From Eledone cirrhosa (taxonomy: Eukaryota): 64,000 nt of DNA. The stretch lies in NCBI GenBank assembly GCA_964016885.1, contig OZ024743.1:294748001-294812000 (forward strand), read 5' to 3'. Below the pieces are notes generated by a model. The model did no database searches and was not told the origin of the DNA. It saw only the letters and a program-made list of their open reading frames with translations. How positions within the stretch are numbered: the first letter of the stretch is position 1; each line of letters opens with the position of its first letter. Shown in pieces: positions 13,991-28,000 of this stretch. Made by a program: the position numbers and the translations under genes.

Positions 13991-15287
13991 TTGCATATAA
14001 CCTACACAAAAAATGAAAGAACATATTAGGAAATGTTTTCTTCTGATGAATGAATATATCCATACGTGTGTGTATGTATGAATGTGTTTATGCATCATAT
14101 AATGCAAGCATAATTTCATTCTTTACTCTTTACACGTGTAGATGAATATATGTTTGTGCGTATGCTTGTGCATAAACGAAACTTTATTTTTGTACGTGTG
14201 TAACTGCTTGGTTAAATGTGTATGAATTTGAGTGTGTGCATGTTTATATGTGTGAGGGTGTGCGTGTATGTGTTTGTGCGTGTGTTTGTCTATGCCAATT
14301 CTATACTTTAGTGAAAATATTAGGGATTGGGAAAGTGTAAGCGAATATAACTTAGTATTTATGTAATGTTAGTTTTTAGTTGATCATTTGTTTCCGCTTC
14401 ATGTTAACTATGTAATAACATAGAATCCTATATTTATTGAATGAGATATCCACAACATTATTAGTTATATGTCGTTTATTTACATCATATATGCAGTCGA
14501 TTTGTATCTAATTTTATTGGAGATATAATCAAAAACAGGAGCAGGTATAAAGTTAATAACCGCAAACCTGTTCAGAGATACCAACCACCAATACTAAATG
14601 CAGAAATCTAATTAGAAACAAGCAACCCCATAGACTGATATATTGGCCTACAAGAAATAGTAACCAAATCACTTTGTATCACACTTTGGAAAATTAATAA
14701 ACAGAACATTCGTCAATATTCACAGATACACACAAACAAGTTAATTTATCAGGGCTGCATCTAGTTTGACCATAGATATGAATGGTCAGTTTTTGGCACA
14801 GACATATATTCCTCTGCAATCGATCCTTTGGCTAATCCAAACAACATTAACTTATAACGTTCTCTTACAATTGAATTATAATTACTTCATAAGTATCAAC
14901 GATGAATTTTTGATTGTTCTAGTAACAGGACCTGTCAAAACTTCCCGTCCGACGGGGAGATATCCCACTCACCTTGTGGTGGGTGAGAGATGCCTCCCCT
15001 TATGAAAATGTGTATAGCTTTCAATATGAAAGATCTCCCTATTTTGCCACATTTCACCCCTTTTTAGGGCACTTTTTTCATGGTTTTTAGAGGTTAACAG
15101 GTCTCTATTAACTAAGATACCAACTGGTTGAAGTGACCTATAAGCGGCTAGTTAAGTCATAGATGCGTGTAGCTAAAGCATAATTATCGGGCTAAAAATA
15201 TATAGCCAAATATTTACTATAGTCTCGGTTGGGTGGACGAATATCTTATGATGGAAATTTGGTAGATGAAAACTGCAAAATTGCATC

Positions 15288-15340
<53 letters not shown>

Positions 15341-15489
15341 TAAAAGGAAAAGAAAATGCTAACAAATTTTTCCCAGTGAAAAATAGTATAATTAGGAATA
15401 ACTAAAAGTTAGTAATAAGTATTGGTTAGTATTCAGTTTTAGATTTAAGTTTTTACCGGTTGCGCATTTCTAATGCTTTTCAAAAATAA

Positions 15490-15562
15490 TTTTGAGATAG
15501 AGTGCCCGTGATGTTTGCTCTAATTTGATAAGAGCAAACATCACGGGCGCACTATCTCAAAA
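15490..15562. repeat. 32-bp-arm hairpin
   Basis: TTTTGAGATAGAGTGCCCGTGATGTTTGCTCT-9 nt-AGAGCAAACATCACGGGCGCACTATCTCAAAA. Confidence 0.8.
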
Positions 15563-15589
15563 GTTTGTCAGCATTTTCTTTTCCTTTTA

Positions 15590-15658
<69 letters not shown>

Positions 15659-15874
15659 GAGGAGGGTATGTGTGCGTGCGTGCGCGCGCGTATGTGTGTA
15701 TCCGTGTGTGTCTGTGTGTGATTGTCGTATGTTTGTTTTTGCGTTTACGTGTGTGTGCCTATCAATGATCCAGCAATATTTTTTTTTCTTTTGTTGCTTA
15801 ATTTCAATCATTTTCATTGTATGTTTTTCTAGTCTTTCCCATCCTTCTCGTTTTTTATTCTTCATATAATAATT

Positions 15875-16010
15875 AAAATTGCTCGGGGGGCTGGTTTGGT
15901 TATGCTCTCCAAATGAACAAAAATGGGACGAAGTGACGAGCAGGGTGGTCACTCTCACCCCGAAAAGTGGCGAGAGGAAGCTATCCCTGAATGGTTTGGC
16001 AGAGGTGGCG
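15875..16010 (+). mobile_element. Tx1/L1-type ORF2 fragment
   Basis: Translates with frameshifts to KLLGGWFG...WDEVTSRV...ERKLSLNGLAEVA, homologous to ORF 25921-26235. Confidence 0.75.
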
Positions 16011-16701
16011 ATGGAAGAAGAAAGAAAAACATGTCCAATAAACTATAAATAATACAAAAATCAATAGTGAATCTATATCAAATCTTTCTGCCGCTGAGGC
16101 TACATCTCCAGCTTTTCCTGAACGGTGAACAGCTGTGGTCGCCATTCATTAGATACGTTTTCCCCAGTTTCGTCTCTATAAAGGAACTGCAGATCTGAGT
16201 CAACCGGAGAACGAGGAGGAGCGCTTGGATGCCTAAATGTTTTCAAGCGCTCACAGCTCTCAGCCAGTCGGGCACTACGATCGGTGAAAATTTTACCTTA
16301 GTGTTCGATAGCACCCAATCAAGGGCTTCCATAGAGAAAGCAAAGACAGATAGAATGAGTGAAAGAGAGTGATCGTTAGACAGATAGATAAATAGATTGA
16401 TAAACAGACAACAGACAGATAGATAGATAGACAGATAAATAGATAGATAGATATCTTTCTTTATTTGCCACAGGGGCGTACAAAAACGGGACATTACAAG
16501 ACGTGACGCAGGTGTTTTACATAAAATCATATAACTTTAAAATTAATACAATAAACTATATATAATAAAATAACAATTGAAATCCCCAATAGGGGGAACG
16601 TTACTGCAGGGTTGTTTTGCACCCCGTGGATAGAACAACCCTCAACACCAGGAACACGTTTTGCCGGTGTTCTCGTCTTCCCTCTGTTCATCTTCCTCAA
16701 C

Positions 16702-19700
16702 CTACAAGTTTATATACAGAGAATGCCCATTCTCTCGGGCCATTTTCGCCACATTTACCCACCTTTCAGCGAATTTACCTGGGTGTAGCACCCGTCATTC
16801 CACTCTCACCTTCCTTCTGAAGTGGTACTTAAAGAAGGGGATAAGTTGTTGTCCGGAGAGAAAGGTGTTTGCCGTCAGTCCTTTTCACCTCGTCCACCAT
16901 ATTACGGCTTTCGCAATAGCCACCAGACAGAGGAAAACCGCCTCTCCTTCATTCTTAAATGAAGGCGGCGGGTTGATCCTCACGATAAACTCGGCTGACA
17001 ACTGGATGCGTCCCACACGTGACAGTAGCTGTTCGACATAATTCCACAGGTCGGTCACCCCTGGGCACTGAACAATTACGTGGAGAATGGTTTCGTTGTC
17101 CTGCTCGCATCTTGAACAGGTCCTTTTGAGAGGATCTCTGCCAGGGCGTCCGTGCCTGTAATGTTTGTCTTGAACTAGTAGAGCTTCTCGGTAGCACTGC
17201 CAGGCCAGATACCTCTGGAAGTTATCCATAGGCCCTGGACGGAAAGTCCCCCCCGAACACACTGGTCAATTCGTCCTCCTCGATGCATAAAGTTTCCCCG
17301 AGAACATCGTCACACTTATCCTCCACTAATCCCCTATAGAATGTCGAAGTGGAGTCTCCGCTGATTGTTGTTTCCGTTTAGTAGAGGGTTGTGAGCGCCT
17401 GAATGCACTCGAGGTGCCAGGCACCCATTTTCGGTCTTCGCTTGACCCACGACAGCAGCTCTGTTAGTGAGACGAGTTGTGGAAGAGCTTGTCTCACAAA
17501 CGACAGCCACACCGGTTCACCGATCAGCAATACCTGGAGATGGCTAGCTTCAGCACGTGTTTGCGCATCATTAGCCACGGCATGCCCATCCCTCCGTTAG
17601 AAGGGGGTTGACAGCAGATGGCTCTCCTCACCAATGGAGCCTGTTTCTTCCAGAGGAAATTGACGAGTAGGTGTTCCATTTTGGTAAAGTATTCGCGGGG
17701 ACAAGGCACGACAGTCAAGTGGTAGTAGCTGACGGACGCTATGTAAGTGTTTTCCACCTCCGCTCGACCTTTCAAGGAGAGTTTGCACTAAGCCCACTTC
17801 CGGGTGAGTGCAAACACCTTCACCGTGACCTCGTTCCAGTTCTTTTCCCCCTGGAGGTCTGGACCAAACCAGACACCCTGCGATGTCACCGGTCCTTCCG
17901 TCCAGCGTCCAACGACACCGTTGGAAGGGATGGGTTTGCCTCTCCATGTGCCGAGTTGCAAACCGATAGGCTTGTTTGGGTTTAGTCTTGCTCCTGTCAA
18001 CGTTTCGTATTCCTGTAATAGGTTGCCTATTACCCCGATTTCCGAGGTTTTCGACACCGTTACGGTTACGTCGTCGGCATAGGCCGACGCTGCTTACCGC
18101 AGTCCTGGTTCGATCGGGATGCCCTGCAACAGCTCCACTTCCGCAATAATCGCTCAAGAGTCAGTACATACAGTATGGAGGAGAGAGGGCATCCTTGACG
18201 GATGGAACGCATGATTTGGAATGGCTTCGATAGGTAGACATTCACCTTGACTGCCGAGCATATGCTGGTGTGCATGGCAGCGATCCAGCCTCTGCAAAAC
18301 GGGACAGAAGCCGGCCGTCTTAAGAACCGTTTGCAAGTATTGATAGTCGACCCTATCAAATGCCTTAGACTGATCTAAATTAATCAGAGCCCCACCGAAA
18401 CCAGGTTTACATCCACCCTCTCTATGATATATCGCATGAGGTGGAGGTTGCCGTGTATGGACCTGGTCGGGATTGCACATGTTTGCGCTTCCCCTACCAG
18501 GTTCTCGACGACAAACGCCAGCCTCGTTGTTAACACATTGGCCAAAATCTTAAACTCTGTGTTGAGCAGTGTTATGGGCCTGAAATTGCTTATCTCTTCC
18601 CCTTTGTTCTCATCTTTCCTGATGAGCGTTACTACGCCTCTGCCTACAGAAGTGGGAATCCTCCCGTTCTACTGCCAGTTGCAGTAGACCGCTTCGCGGA
18701 CGCCAGAGAACAAGTATGGCATGCCACTGTAAAACTCATAGGTTAGTCCATCTAAACCGGGTGATTTGCGTTTCCCGTAGCGGCCTATGGCATCTTCTAT
18801 TTCGCCCGCTGTGATCTGCCTTTCGCATCTCTCTGCATCCGTGCTCGAGAGTCGTCGTACGCCGTCGAAGTAGGAACTGAAGGCCATCATGCCGTTCGGC
18901 GTACGACTTTGCCCGAAGAGTTGTGTAAAATGCTGCTGGATTGCCGTGCAAATCTGCTTGGATTCAAGTAGAATGCGTCCATCTTTGTCTTGCAAAGACC
19001 GAATTGTGGATTTGTTTCCACTTTTCGCCTCTGCCACTCGGGCCCAGCTGACAGCTTTGGCTCCCTCGTTTCTTAGAGCAGGTGTTCTACTTCTGACAAT
19101 ACAACCTTCGTGTTTCACGTTGAAGAACTCGTCTAGTACCGTTCTCGCCGCTAGCACGTCAGCTGTACTTCCATCCCTAAGTGCCTCTTCTACTTTAGCT
19201 ACCAATCCTTTTCAGTTTTTTTTTAAAGCTACTTCCTTGCTAAATGCTATCGATTCTATTCTAATTGCTCTCTTGAGAGATCTCCATGACCTGTTGTTGA
19301 ACATCGCCCCCGTTAACTGGCACTTAACTAAGGTGCTAATCCGTTTACTGTAGACCTTACGTGCCGGGAGCGACATGTTTAGCTTCCAGTATCCAGGTCG
19401 CTGTCTATGTTTCTATCAAGGTCGTCTATGCAGGTGACTAATTTGTTGTCTGAATAGGCAACCATCTGCATTTGTGGACAGCTTAATATTTCCTTATCAT
19501 TCTGTCTAATTAAAAATCTATCTAAATATGATCTAGACGACCCAGTGCGGTTGCTCCACGTCCATAGTGGTGCACTTGGGAAGTCTAGTCGATATCTATC
19601 AGCCGTTTGGAATTAGCTGATGAGATTTTTTAGGCTATTACACCCCCTCTATTATCACAAACTCCTACACGTCCAAGATGCCATTCCAGTCCCCCGCTAA

Positions 19701-20111
19701 TACTAAGGAGCGTGACGTTCCCAGGAATGGCTCCAGACGCTTCAAGAACTCTGGTCGCGATGATCTGGTCGGGGCATATACGGCCACCAGTCTGAAAGTT
19801 TCGCCTTCACTACCATTCACGTCCAGGACCACCAGGCTGCCCTCCGGGTGCAATTGAATCGTCTGTATTTTGAGATCCAAGTTTTTTCGAAACAGAATAG
19901 CAACTCCCCCTCCACCCCATGGCTGACAGAGAGATGCGTAGATCTCAAAATCATTGAACATGGGGGTTAGATGCTGCTTGTCGTGAATCCTGGACTCGTT
20001 GATGGCTATCACATCTATACAATGTTATATGAGTTCATTTAAAAGCTGGCCCTGTTTCCAGGACATGCCCAGACCACGTACATTCAAACATCCAACTTGT
20101 ATAGTCTCCAT
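16702..20111 (-). pseudogene. Tx1 ORF2 (APE endonuclease, RT, C-terminal CCHC), multiple frameshifts and stops
   Basis: METIQVGCLNVRG, AVYAP, GDWN, KSPGLDGL, LDQSKAFDRV, RQGCPLS, AYADD region, CSRC..ETILHVIVQC. Confidence 0.9.
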
Positions 20112-20151
20112 GTTGGTGAAGAAGAGTTAAGGAGAGAAAAGGCAGGAACAC

Positions 20152-22066
20152 TTACCTTTTCGTTTCCTGGATGTCGGGTTGTTCGATCTCCATGTCCAGA
20201 TTGGTGATGTTTGGGGAGGGAGGAAATCCTTTTAGCAGGACACGGTTAAGGGATTTTTGGCAAGGGGGCCCAACATCGTGTGGGAAGTTCCCTTTTAAAG
20301 TTTCGTACTGTAGGGTTGTTACCCTGATAAGTTTGAAGTTTGGGGGTGGGTCGTTGGTGGAGAAGGTTTTCCCTTCCGTTTATATTGTGGGGTCATTTCG
20401 GACAGTTTCCACCAGTTCTTTCTTTCTTGTTTTTATGTATGTGTAATGTTTTGTTTTTTATGTGTACTGTTTCTGTTTGTAGCTTTCTTTTTGTGGTTGT
20501 GGTTTGTGATTGTAGTGGTGTGGGTGTTTGTTTGTTGGTGAAGTGTCTGATTGTGTTGTTGGTGTGGTTGTCGTTTGTGGCGGTATGTTTATGTCAGTGT
20601 TGTGTGTGTGCGTGTTTCAGTTGATGTTTTTGTTGTATTTTATGTCTTTTTTGCTTCTTGGATTTTTCGGGTTCCTCTTCATCCTCACTTGGATATGTTA
20701 AGGTTCCAGTGTCTGAGGTGTTATCATTGTGGGTAGGTGGGACGGGTATGTGGTGTGGTGGTGAAGTGTTTGTGTGTGATTTTGTTGGAGTGTTGGACTG
20801 AGGGGGAAAGGGTGGGACAGAGTCCTTCAGGGGAATTTTTGGTGTGGTGTCTTTTTTGGTTTGTGATGGTTGGGTGAATATTGATGGTTTGGGGGGTTGT
20901 GTTTTGGGGGTTCGGGTGTGTCTGTTGTAATTTTGTGGCAACAACACCTTCTTTTGTTTTTCCACATCCAGCATTGGGCAAAATGCTTTTAAACGTGTGT
21001 TTCTACCAAATTTGAAACATTGTGGTATTTTGCCCTCCACTGCGATGCGGAAAACATGGTTACCATCCACGGGCACCCTTTCCGGTATTTTTTCAATCGT
21101 CTCCGGTTTCATTTGAGCTAAAAGCTTAATTGAGGTCCCGTTCCAGTTCTGTCGGATTGATCTTTTTACAGAGAAGAGGTTGTCTTCGCCCTCCTCCAAA
21201 AAGCCACCCAGGAGCCACCAAATGTTTGTGTTCGGTGGGATCTGGGAGATCCTTATTTTATGGGTTTCTCTTCCCATGTATGTTGGGAAGAAGATGCGTT
21301 GGCTCGTTCGAATTGGAACCACCGAATATTTCTGGGCGAGGGCCTCGCTTTTAAAGAGCACCGAGATGCTCCCGTACTACTTGGCCCTCTGGAGGTAAGC
21401 AATGTCTGGTATTGCCTCCTTTAGTACGGTTTCCACTGTGCTATTGCTTAAAGCCATATATTTCTTGTTTGTGAGCAGATCGTTCGGAAGAAAATTGTTT
21501 TTCTTAAGGTCGCGGCTCTAATTTCCGGTGGGGTACTTATTCGAAAGCCGCTACCTTCAAAAGTTATATGTTGCGCAGCATCCTTTAGGTGCTGCGCTAG
21601 GTTTGACAGATCTATCTCTATAAACTCTGTCTCTTTGGCAAAGCTTTCTGCAAAGTTTTTTTTTGTGTGTGTGTTTGGTTGTTTTTGTTTGTGCTGGAGT
21701 TGTTGTTTTTGTTGTTCTTGTTATTGTTGTTCTTGTTATTGTTGTTGTCTTCGTTGTTGTTGGTGTTGTTTTCGTTCATTGCATACTTGTTGTTGTTGTT
21801 GCTGGTGTGCCCGTTGTATTGTTTTTGTTCATTGTTTCACACTTTTGGTTTTGGTTTGTTGCCATGGCAATGTCAAGTTGTCGGTCAGCAGGTGAAGAAA
21901 ATCCTTCCTCGTTTTGACCTTTGTCTGAGACATCTACTACTATGACAGTGGAAGGGGGAAGCTGTAAGCATATCTTCCCTCTTCCTCCTTTGAATGTTGG
22001 TGAAGAAGTTGTTGCTTCAGCCGTTTTATTTTTTAAAACGTTAGTTTTTCCAAAAATCTTTTTCAT
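20152..22066 (-). pseudogene. Tx1 ORF1 remnant (degenerate zinc knuckle, Pro/Thr-rich)
   Basis: EGKIPQCFKFGRNTRLKAFCP aligns with EGRRPRCVVCGEGTHLRVFCP of copy 2; shared SFA.V and FP.D.G motifs. Confidence 0.7.
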
Positions 22067-23095
22067 GAACTATTTCGCCCAAAGGAGTAGAGTATTTTAA
22101 GAGACTGACCAGATCAAAATTTGACCTGGCAGTCCCTCTACAAATTGGTATAAAAATGAAGGTTCACAGTCAAGAAATTTAAGCAGAACTTACCCAGCAA
22201 GTTTAACACGTATGTCCATCCCGGATAGGTCATTGCTGCTATTCAAGCATATATCACAGACAGCAACCCAAACAAATCCATTTGGCAAAGATTCTAATTC
22301 ACCACTTTATTGTTTGTTGTGACTGCCTCTCTACCTCTATATCTAGGGAACCTGCTTATTACCTTTATTTAACCTTTGTGAATCAAATACAACAGAAACA
22401 TTTCTCAGTTCTCGTTCTAACGAATTTAACAAATCCGTCTTCACCTCATCTGAATCCTTTGTAATCCCCCCAGAATGTTCAAACAGAGACATCAAACAGA
22501 AAATTAACTGTCGTTATATAACGATTCTCATAAGACCTATATATATACCACGAGTAATGCGTTATTTCATTCCAACAAAATAAAACTACAGCAAAATTAC
22601 CATTTCCTGTATTTTAGTATGAGATGATGGTGCTTCTTTTACTTTCATTATTATTAGGCTGATATATTTTATTCACATCTTTTATTTCTTTCAAAATGTT
22701 ATAGCAAGCCAAAATTTGTCAATATTAATGATAAAGAGAATGAAGTTAATGTTGTATATATGAAAATATACCAGAAGAAATGTAATTCAATTACATTTAA
22801 TACATACTTATTGTCATGATAATTTTCCAAATAAAAAGAACATTATCAAAATTAAAAGAAATTTTTCAAAACATGTTTTTAATCAGAATACATATGGATA
22901 GAAAACAGCAATGTAATATCGTCACAACTGGCAAATGTAAAATATAAAAATTTAACTGACATAAGTGAAACCAAAACGTCTCCAGTATGATATATACTAC
23001 CTTCATATTACTTATTAGCAACATCGTTAAATCTTGTGAAAATATATGACACACATACATTTATACACATGCATTGGTTTGAATCTCTCTATCTC

Positions 23096-23159
<64 letters not shown>

Positions 23160-25069
23160 CTTATCTACGTTTATACGTATGTATATGTGTGTGTGTGTGT
23201 GCGTGTGTATATATATTTATGTACACATACATATATATATATAGATGTATATATATATACACATATATATATACACATAAATACATACATATATATTGTA
23301 TATATGTGTGTGTGTGTGTTTGTGTGTGTATAATGAATATAATTGTTTTTATGTGCTTTTATACACATATTTTATAGTTCTATAGTCTTCAAGTTAAATA
23401 TATAGTTATATATCGAATACCAGTTGTCTTAACTTTCATGCACAGAGACATTGTGAGGAAGATTTTATTCGTTTACTTTTAATAGCATGATATTTTTTCG
23501 CTTCTATAATCTCTTCTTTTCGTATTAATCTTCTAATTACAACACATTAGAAATTAGCGGGATACGAAGCTTCGCTTTCATTTTAATTTTATTCTTCATT
23601 GGAAAATATTTCGCTTTGAAACATACCCTCAAACAATACACAGATCTTTTGTGTGGATTGATAAACTAACAGTCAGATTTGAGAGGAAACCATTTTCTAT
23701 AGCATGAGAGAATTATATATCAAAATAACGGATGTAGTTTGTTTAAGCTATTTATTTACGTAGATAAAGCCTCGTAAGAATAATAGATATAAGAAATTTA
23801 AAACAATAGGAATAACGTTTATGAATAGATGATTTTGAAAACGTATTCATAGTTTCAATATGAACTGTGTTTATATATATTTGACACTATTGCCTATATA
23901 TTCAAAACTGTGATGCATAAAATGATTATATATATATATATACACTTACATATAAAACTAGTGTATATTGCTTGAAGCAATATTGTGAAATATGTGTTAG
24001 AAACCTACAGGAAAGCCGGTAGGAAATTAAAGTTATATAAGGACAAGAAATTTTATTTGTAACCTTAAATATATTTGGGGTAAAATAACGCTTAAATGAA
24101 TAGAGAGTTGGTGAAATACGAAATGTAACTACGCACAAATAAGTGTCGGGCTTGTGGAGTAGTATGTTAAAGACCTTGTGTTGTAGACTGTAAGATAGCT
24201 ATTGCTATGTGTCTATAATGGGAAATATGGGCATCATAATGAACAGTCTTCAATGAAAGTGGACAAAATTGTATCTGATTTCTTTTAACTCTTGCTGGGT
24301 TCTAATAAATGCAGCTGTATTTTAATACAACGTGGCCTTTTATTTGAGAGAAATTAAATATACGAATAAATATCATTAAATGACATACAACCACCTTATA
24401 ATCTTTGTACCTATCTAATGAGAAAATTAATGAATCTTCTCATACCTACAACTGCTCTGCCATCTGTTTTATTTCACACTTTAATAGCCATTCAGGAATT
24501 TCGTAACCCAAATAAAGGCGATGGAACCTCACTATTCTAATTCATGCGGAATTTGAAAAGTAAGACTACCTTAAAGATTAATTTGTATCAATCTCTCTGG
24601 AACTATGTCATACCATCATATTTAGGTATCCAAATATGTATCACATTCAAGTTACTTCTGTTTAACTAGGTTTCTATTATTCGTGTTTGCGTTTATTATT
24701 AATTAAAAAAATAGATTTATGTATTTCAATTTACATATATTTACAATGCAATTTAATTTAACATAATTTAATGTTCTACTTCTAGATATAACACTTCTAG
24801 ATATAAACACATTTTTCTGCCTTCAATTTTACTTTTACTCATCAATCTATTGTTAATCTATTCTAATGCATTTTAGCAAGTATATTTACAATAACAAAAG
24901 CTTATTAATGTTTAAAAAAGTAAAACATTTCTTTTTATATGAAATAATTCAATATTTTGTTGTGTTTTCAATAACCATTGACAAACCGCGATATACTTTT
25001 AGTTCTATTTCCGTCACAGTGACCCTGACCACCAGGGCAAGTGCCCTCTCCCAGTTTTCCACCTTTAAT

Positions 25070-28000
25070 TTACAGGCACATACTCAGAGTAGGCCCATTC
25101 ACTCGGGCCATTCTTGCCTCTCTCAACCATCTTTTAGCAAAATGCTGGGAAGAGAGCACTTCCCTCTCTACCCTGAAATTTGAAAAAGATAATCATGGCA
25201 TCACCGAAGAGGTAAGTGGTCGTCTTCAGCCCTTTCAAACGTGTCCACCATACTATCTCTTTCGCCATGGCCACCAGACAGATAAAAAGTGCCTGCCCTT
25301 CCCGACTAAAGGAAGAGGGCGGGGCAATCCTCACGATGGACTCAGCTGATAGCTGGATCCGTCCTACACGCGACAGCAAGTGTTTGACATAAACCCACAA
25401 GTCAGCATTGCTCGGACACTGGACGAGTGCATGCAGGACGGTTTCGTCGCCCAGCGCGCATCTCGGACATGCCCAGTTGACGGCACCTCCATGCCTGTAG
25501 AGTTTATCCCGAACTGGCAAACTCCTCGGTAGCACTGCCAGGCCAGGTATTTCTGGAAGTTGTCCATAGGCCCCGGCCCGAAAGTTCTTCCGAAGAGATT
25601 GGCTAGTTGATTTTCGTCGACGCCTAGAGTTTGCCCAAGACATTCCAGTCTCCAAGCGCTCCCTCTCGTTCTTGGCTTGACCCAGGACTGCATCTCCGTC
25701 AAGGAGACGAGCTGGGGAAAGACGCGTCTAGCAAACGGCGATCACACCTGATCAGCGTCGAGGAAGAGGTGGAGATGTCGTAGCCTGAGCCTGTGTCTGC
25801 GCATCATCAGCCACGGCAGACCATCCCTCCACGTAGCGGGTGTTGACAGCAGATAGACCGCCTGACCAGCGGAGCGCGTCCCTTCCACAAAAAGCGAAAG
25901 AGCAAACGCTCCAGCGCAGTCTAGCGGGGCTTAGGACAAGGTACGACGGTCAGGCGGTAGGAGATTACGGACGCGATGTACGCGTTAGCCACCTCCGCTC
26001 GACCTTTCAGGGATAGTTTCCTCTCCGCCCATTTCTGGGTGAGAGAAGCCACCCTGCTCGTCACCTCGTCCCAGTTTTTGTCCGTCTGGAGGTCCGGACC
26101 GAACCAGAACCCTACCAATTTAACCGGTCCGCCCGTCCAGCGCCCGTCGACAATGTTGGACGGCATGGACCTGCCCCTCCAGCTGCCGAGCTGCAGGCCC
26201 ACTGACTTTTCCTGGTTGATCATTGCTCCTGTCACCGCTTCGTATTCTCTTAGTGTAGTGCCGATCGTGTTTGGCGTTCGACACCACTACGGTGACATCG
26301 TCCGCATATGCTGACACGGATCTTCCGTATCCTAGTTCGCGCGGACCCCCTCAACGTCTTCAGTTTGTGCAGTAATGGCTCGAGAGTCAATACGTACAAG
26401 AGGGACGAGAGGGGACATCCTTGGCAGACCGAGCGCATGATGTTGAACGGTTCCGAAAGGTGACCGTTCACTCTCACCACAGAACAGATGTCACTGTGCA
26501 TGGCAGCGATCCAGCCTCTGAAGACGAGCCCAAAGTAAGCTGCCCTGAGGACTGCCGCTAGGTAACGTTGGTCGACCCGATCGAAGGCTTTCGACTGATC
26601 TAAATTGATCAAGGACCCACCCGTGTTAGTTTCCCTAGCTACCCTCTCTACGATGTATCGCATGAGGTGGAGGTTGTCGTGGATGGATCTGTCGGGAATG
26701 GCGCACGTCTGCACCTCTCCCACCAGACCGCCAACGACAAGCGCCAACCTCTTTGCTAGCACCTTGGCCAAAATCTTGAACTCTGTGTTTAGCAGAGTTA
26801 TGGGCCTGAAATTATCTGTTATCCCCCTTGTTCGAATCCTTTCTCAGCAGCGCCACAGCTCCTCGGCTCACAGAGCTGGAAATTCTCCCGTTCTGTTGCC
26901 AGTTGCAGTAGACATCCGCGAAGAGGCCTCCGAACAAGTCTGGCATCTGCACGTAAAGTTCATAGGGCAGACTATCCAAACCAGGCGATTTACCCCTTGT
27001 GCAGCCAGCCATTGCCTCCCGTACTTCAGCGGCTGTTATCGGCGTTTCGCAACACTCCGCCTCAATGGCCGAGAGCCGCAGCAGTCCGTCGAGGTAGACA
27101 CTAAAGTCCATCCCACGATCCGGCCCGCCGCTGCCCCCGAACAGCTGTGCGATGTGTCGCTGAAAAGCTTCACACGTTTGCCCCGATCGAGTAGCATGCG
27201 CCCGTCGTGGTCCACCAAAGACCGGATCGCGGCTTTGTTGCCACGACGCGCCACCGCCACTCGGGCCCATTGAACGGCTTTCGTCCACACGTGTCTGAGA
27301 GCACGCACCCTAGCTCTGACAAAGCAGCCTTCTTGCTTTGCATTGTAGAATTGGTCAAGAGCCAATTTCGCCGCAACTACGTCAGTCGCGATGACTTTGC
27401 TGGGCGCCTCGTCTAATTTTCTAACTAGTTCTCCCTCTGCTCTATTTTTCTCTATTGCTAAAGTCTTACTAAACCTAATGGACTCTATTCTAATTGCTCT
27501 TTTCAGAGCAAACCACCACTTGTTGTTGACGATGGCCCCCGTCAACGCCCGCTTAACTAGTTCGCTAATCCGGTCTCTGTAGGCCTTGCGCGCTGGTAAG
27601 GACGCGTTTAGCTTCCAGTAGCCGGGTCCTCGCCTATGAAGCCTATCTAAGTCAAGCACACAGATCACGAATTTGTGGTCCGTGTAGCTGACTATCTTGA
27701 ATTGTGGACAGCCTATGCTAGACCTATCAATTTCTCTACAAAATACTCTATCTAGATATGATCTGGATGAGCCTATGCGATTTGTCCAAGTCCACATTGG
27801 TACATTCGGGAAATCCATTCGGTACCTGTCAGACAGTTCAAAACGTCTGAGCAGGTTGGTGAGACTCTTGCACCCTCCTTCCCTATCCACTAATCCCACA
27901 CAATCCCAGCGTGCATCTAAGATCCCGTTCCAGTCGCCCACTAACACTAAAGAGCGGGACGTTCCAAGAAAGGTCTCCAGACGCCGGAAGAAATCAGGCC

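Larger units (their letters stand above)
16455..22250 (-). mobile_element. Near-full-length decayed Tx1/L1-clade LINE (copy 1)
   Basis: ORF1 plus APE-RT ORF2 remnants. The minus-strand 3' end AATAAAGAAAG runs into (TATC)n. The 5' boundary is approximate. Confidence 0.88.

Noticed and set aside
14940-15000. Two adjacent GC-rich hairpins
   Set aside because: No ribozyme core, terminus or second copy to interpret them.
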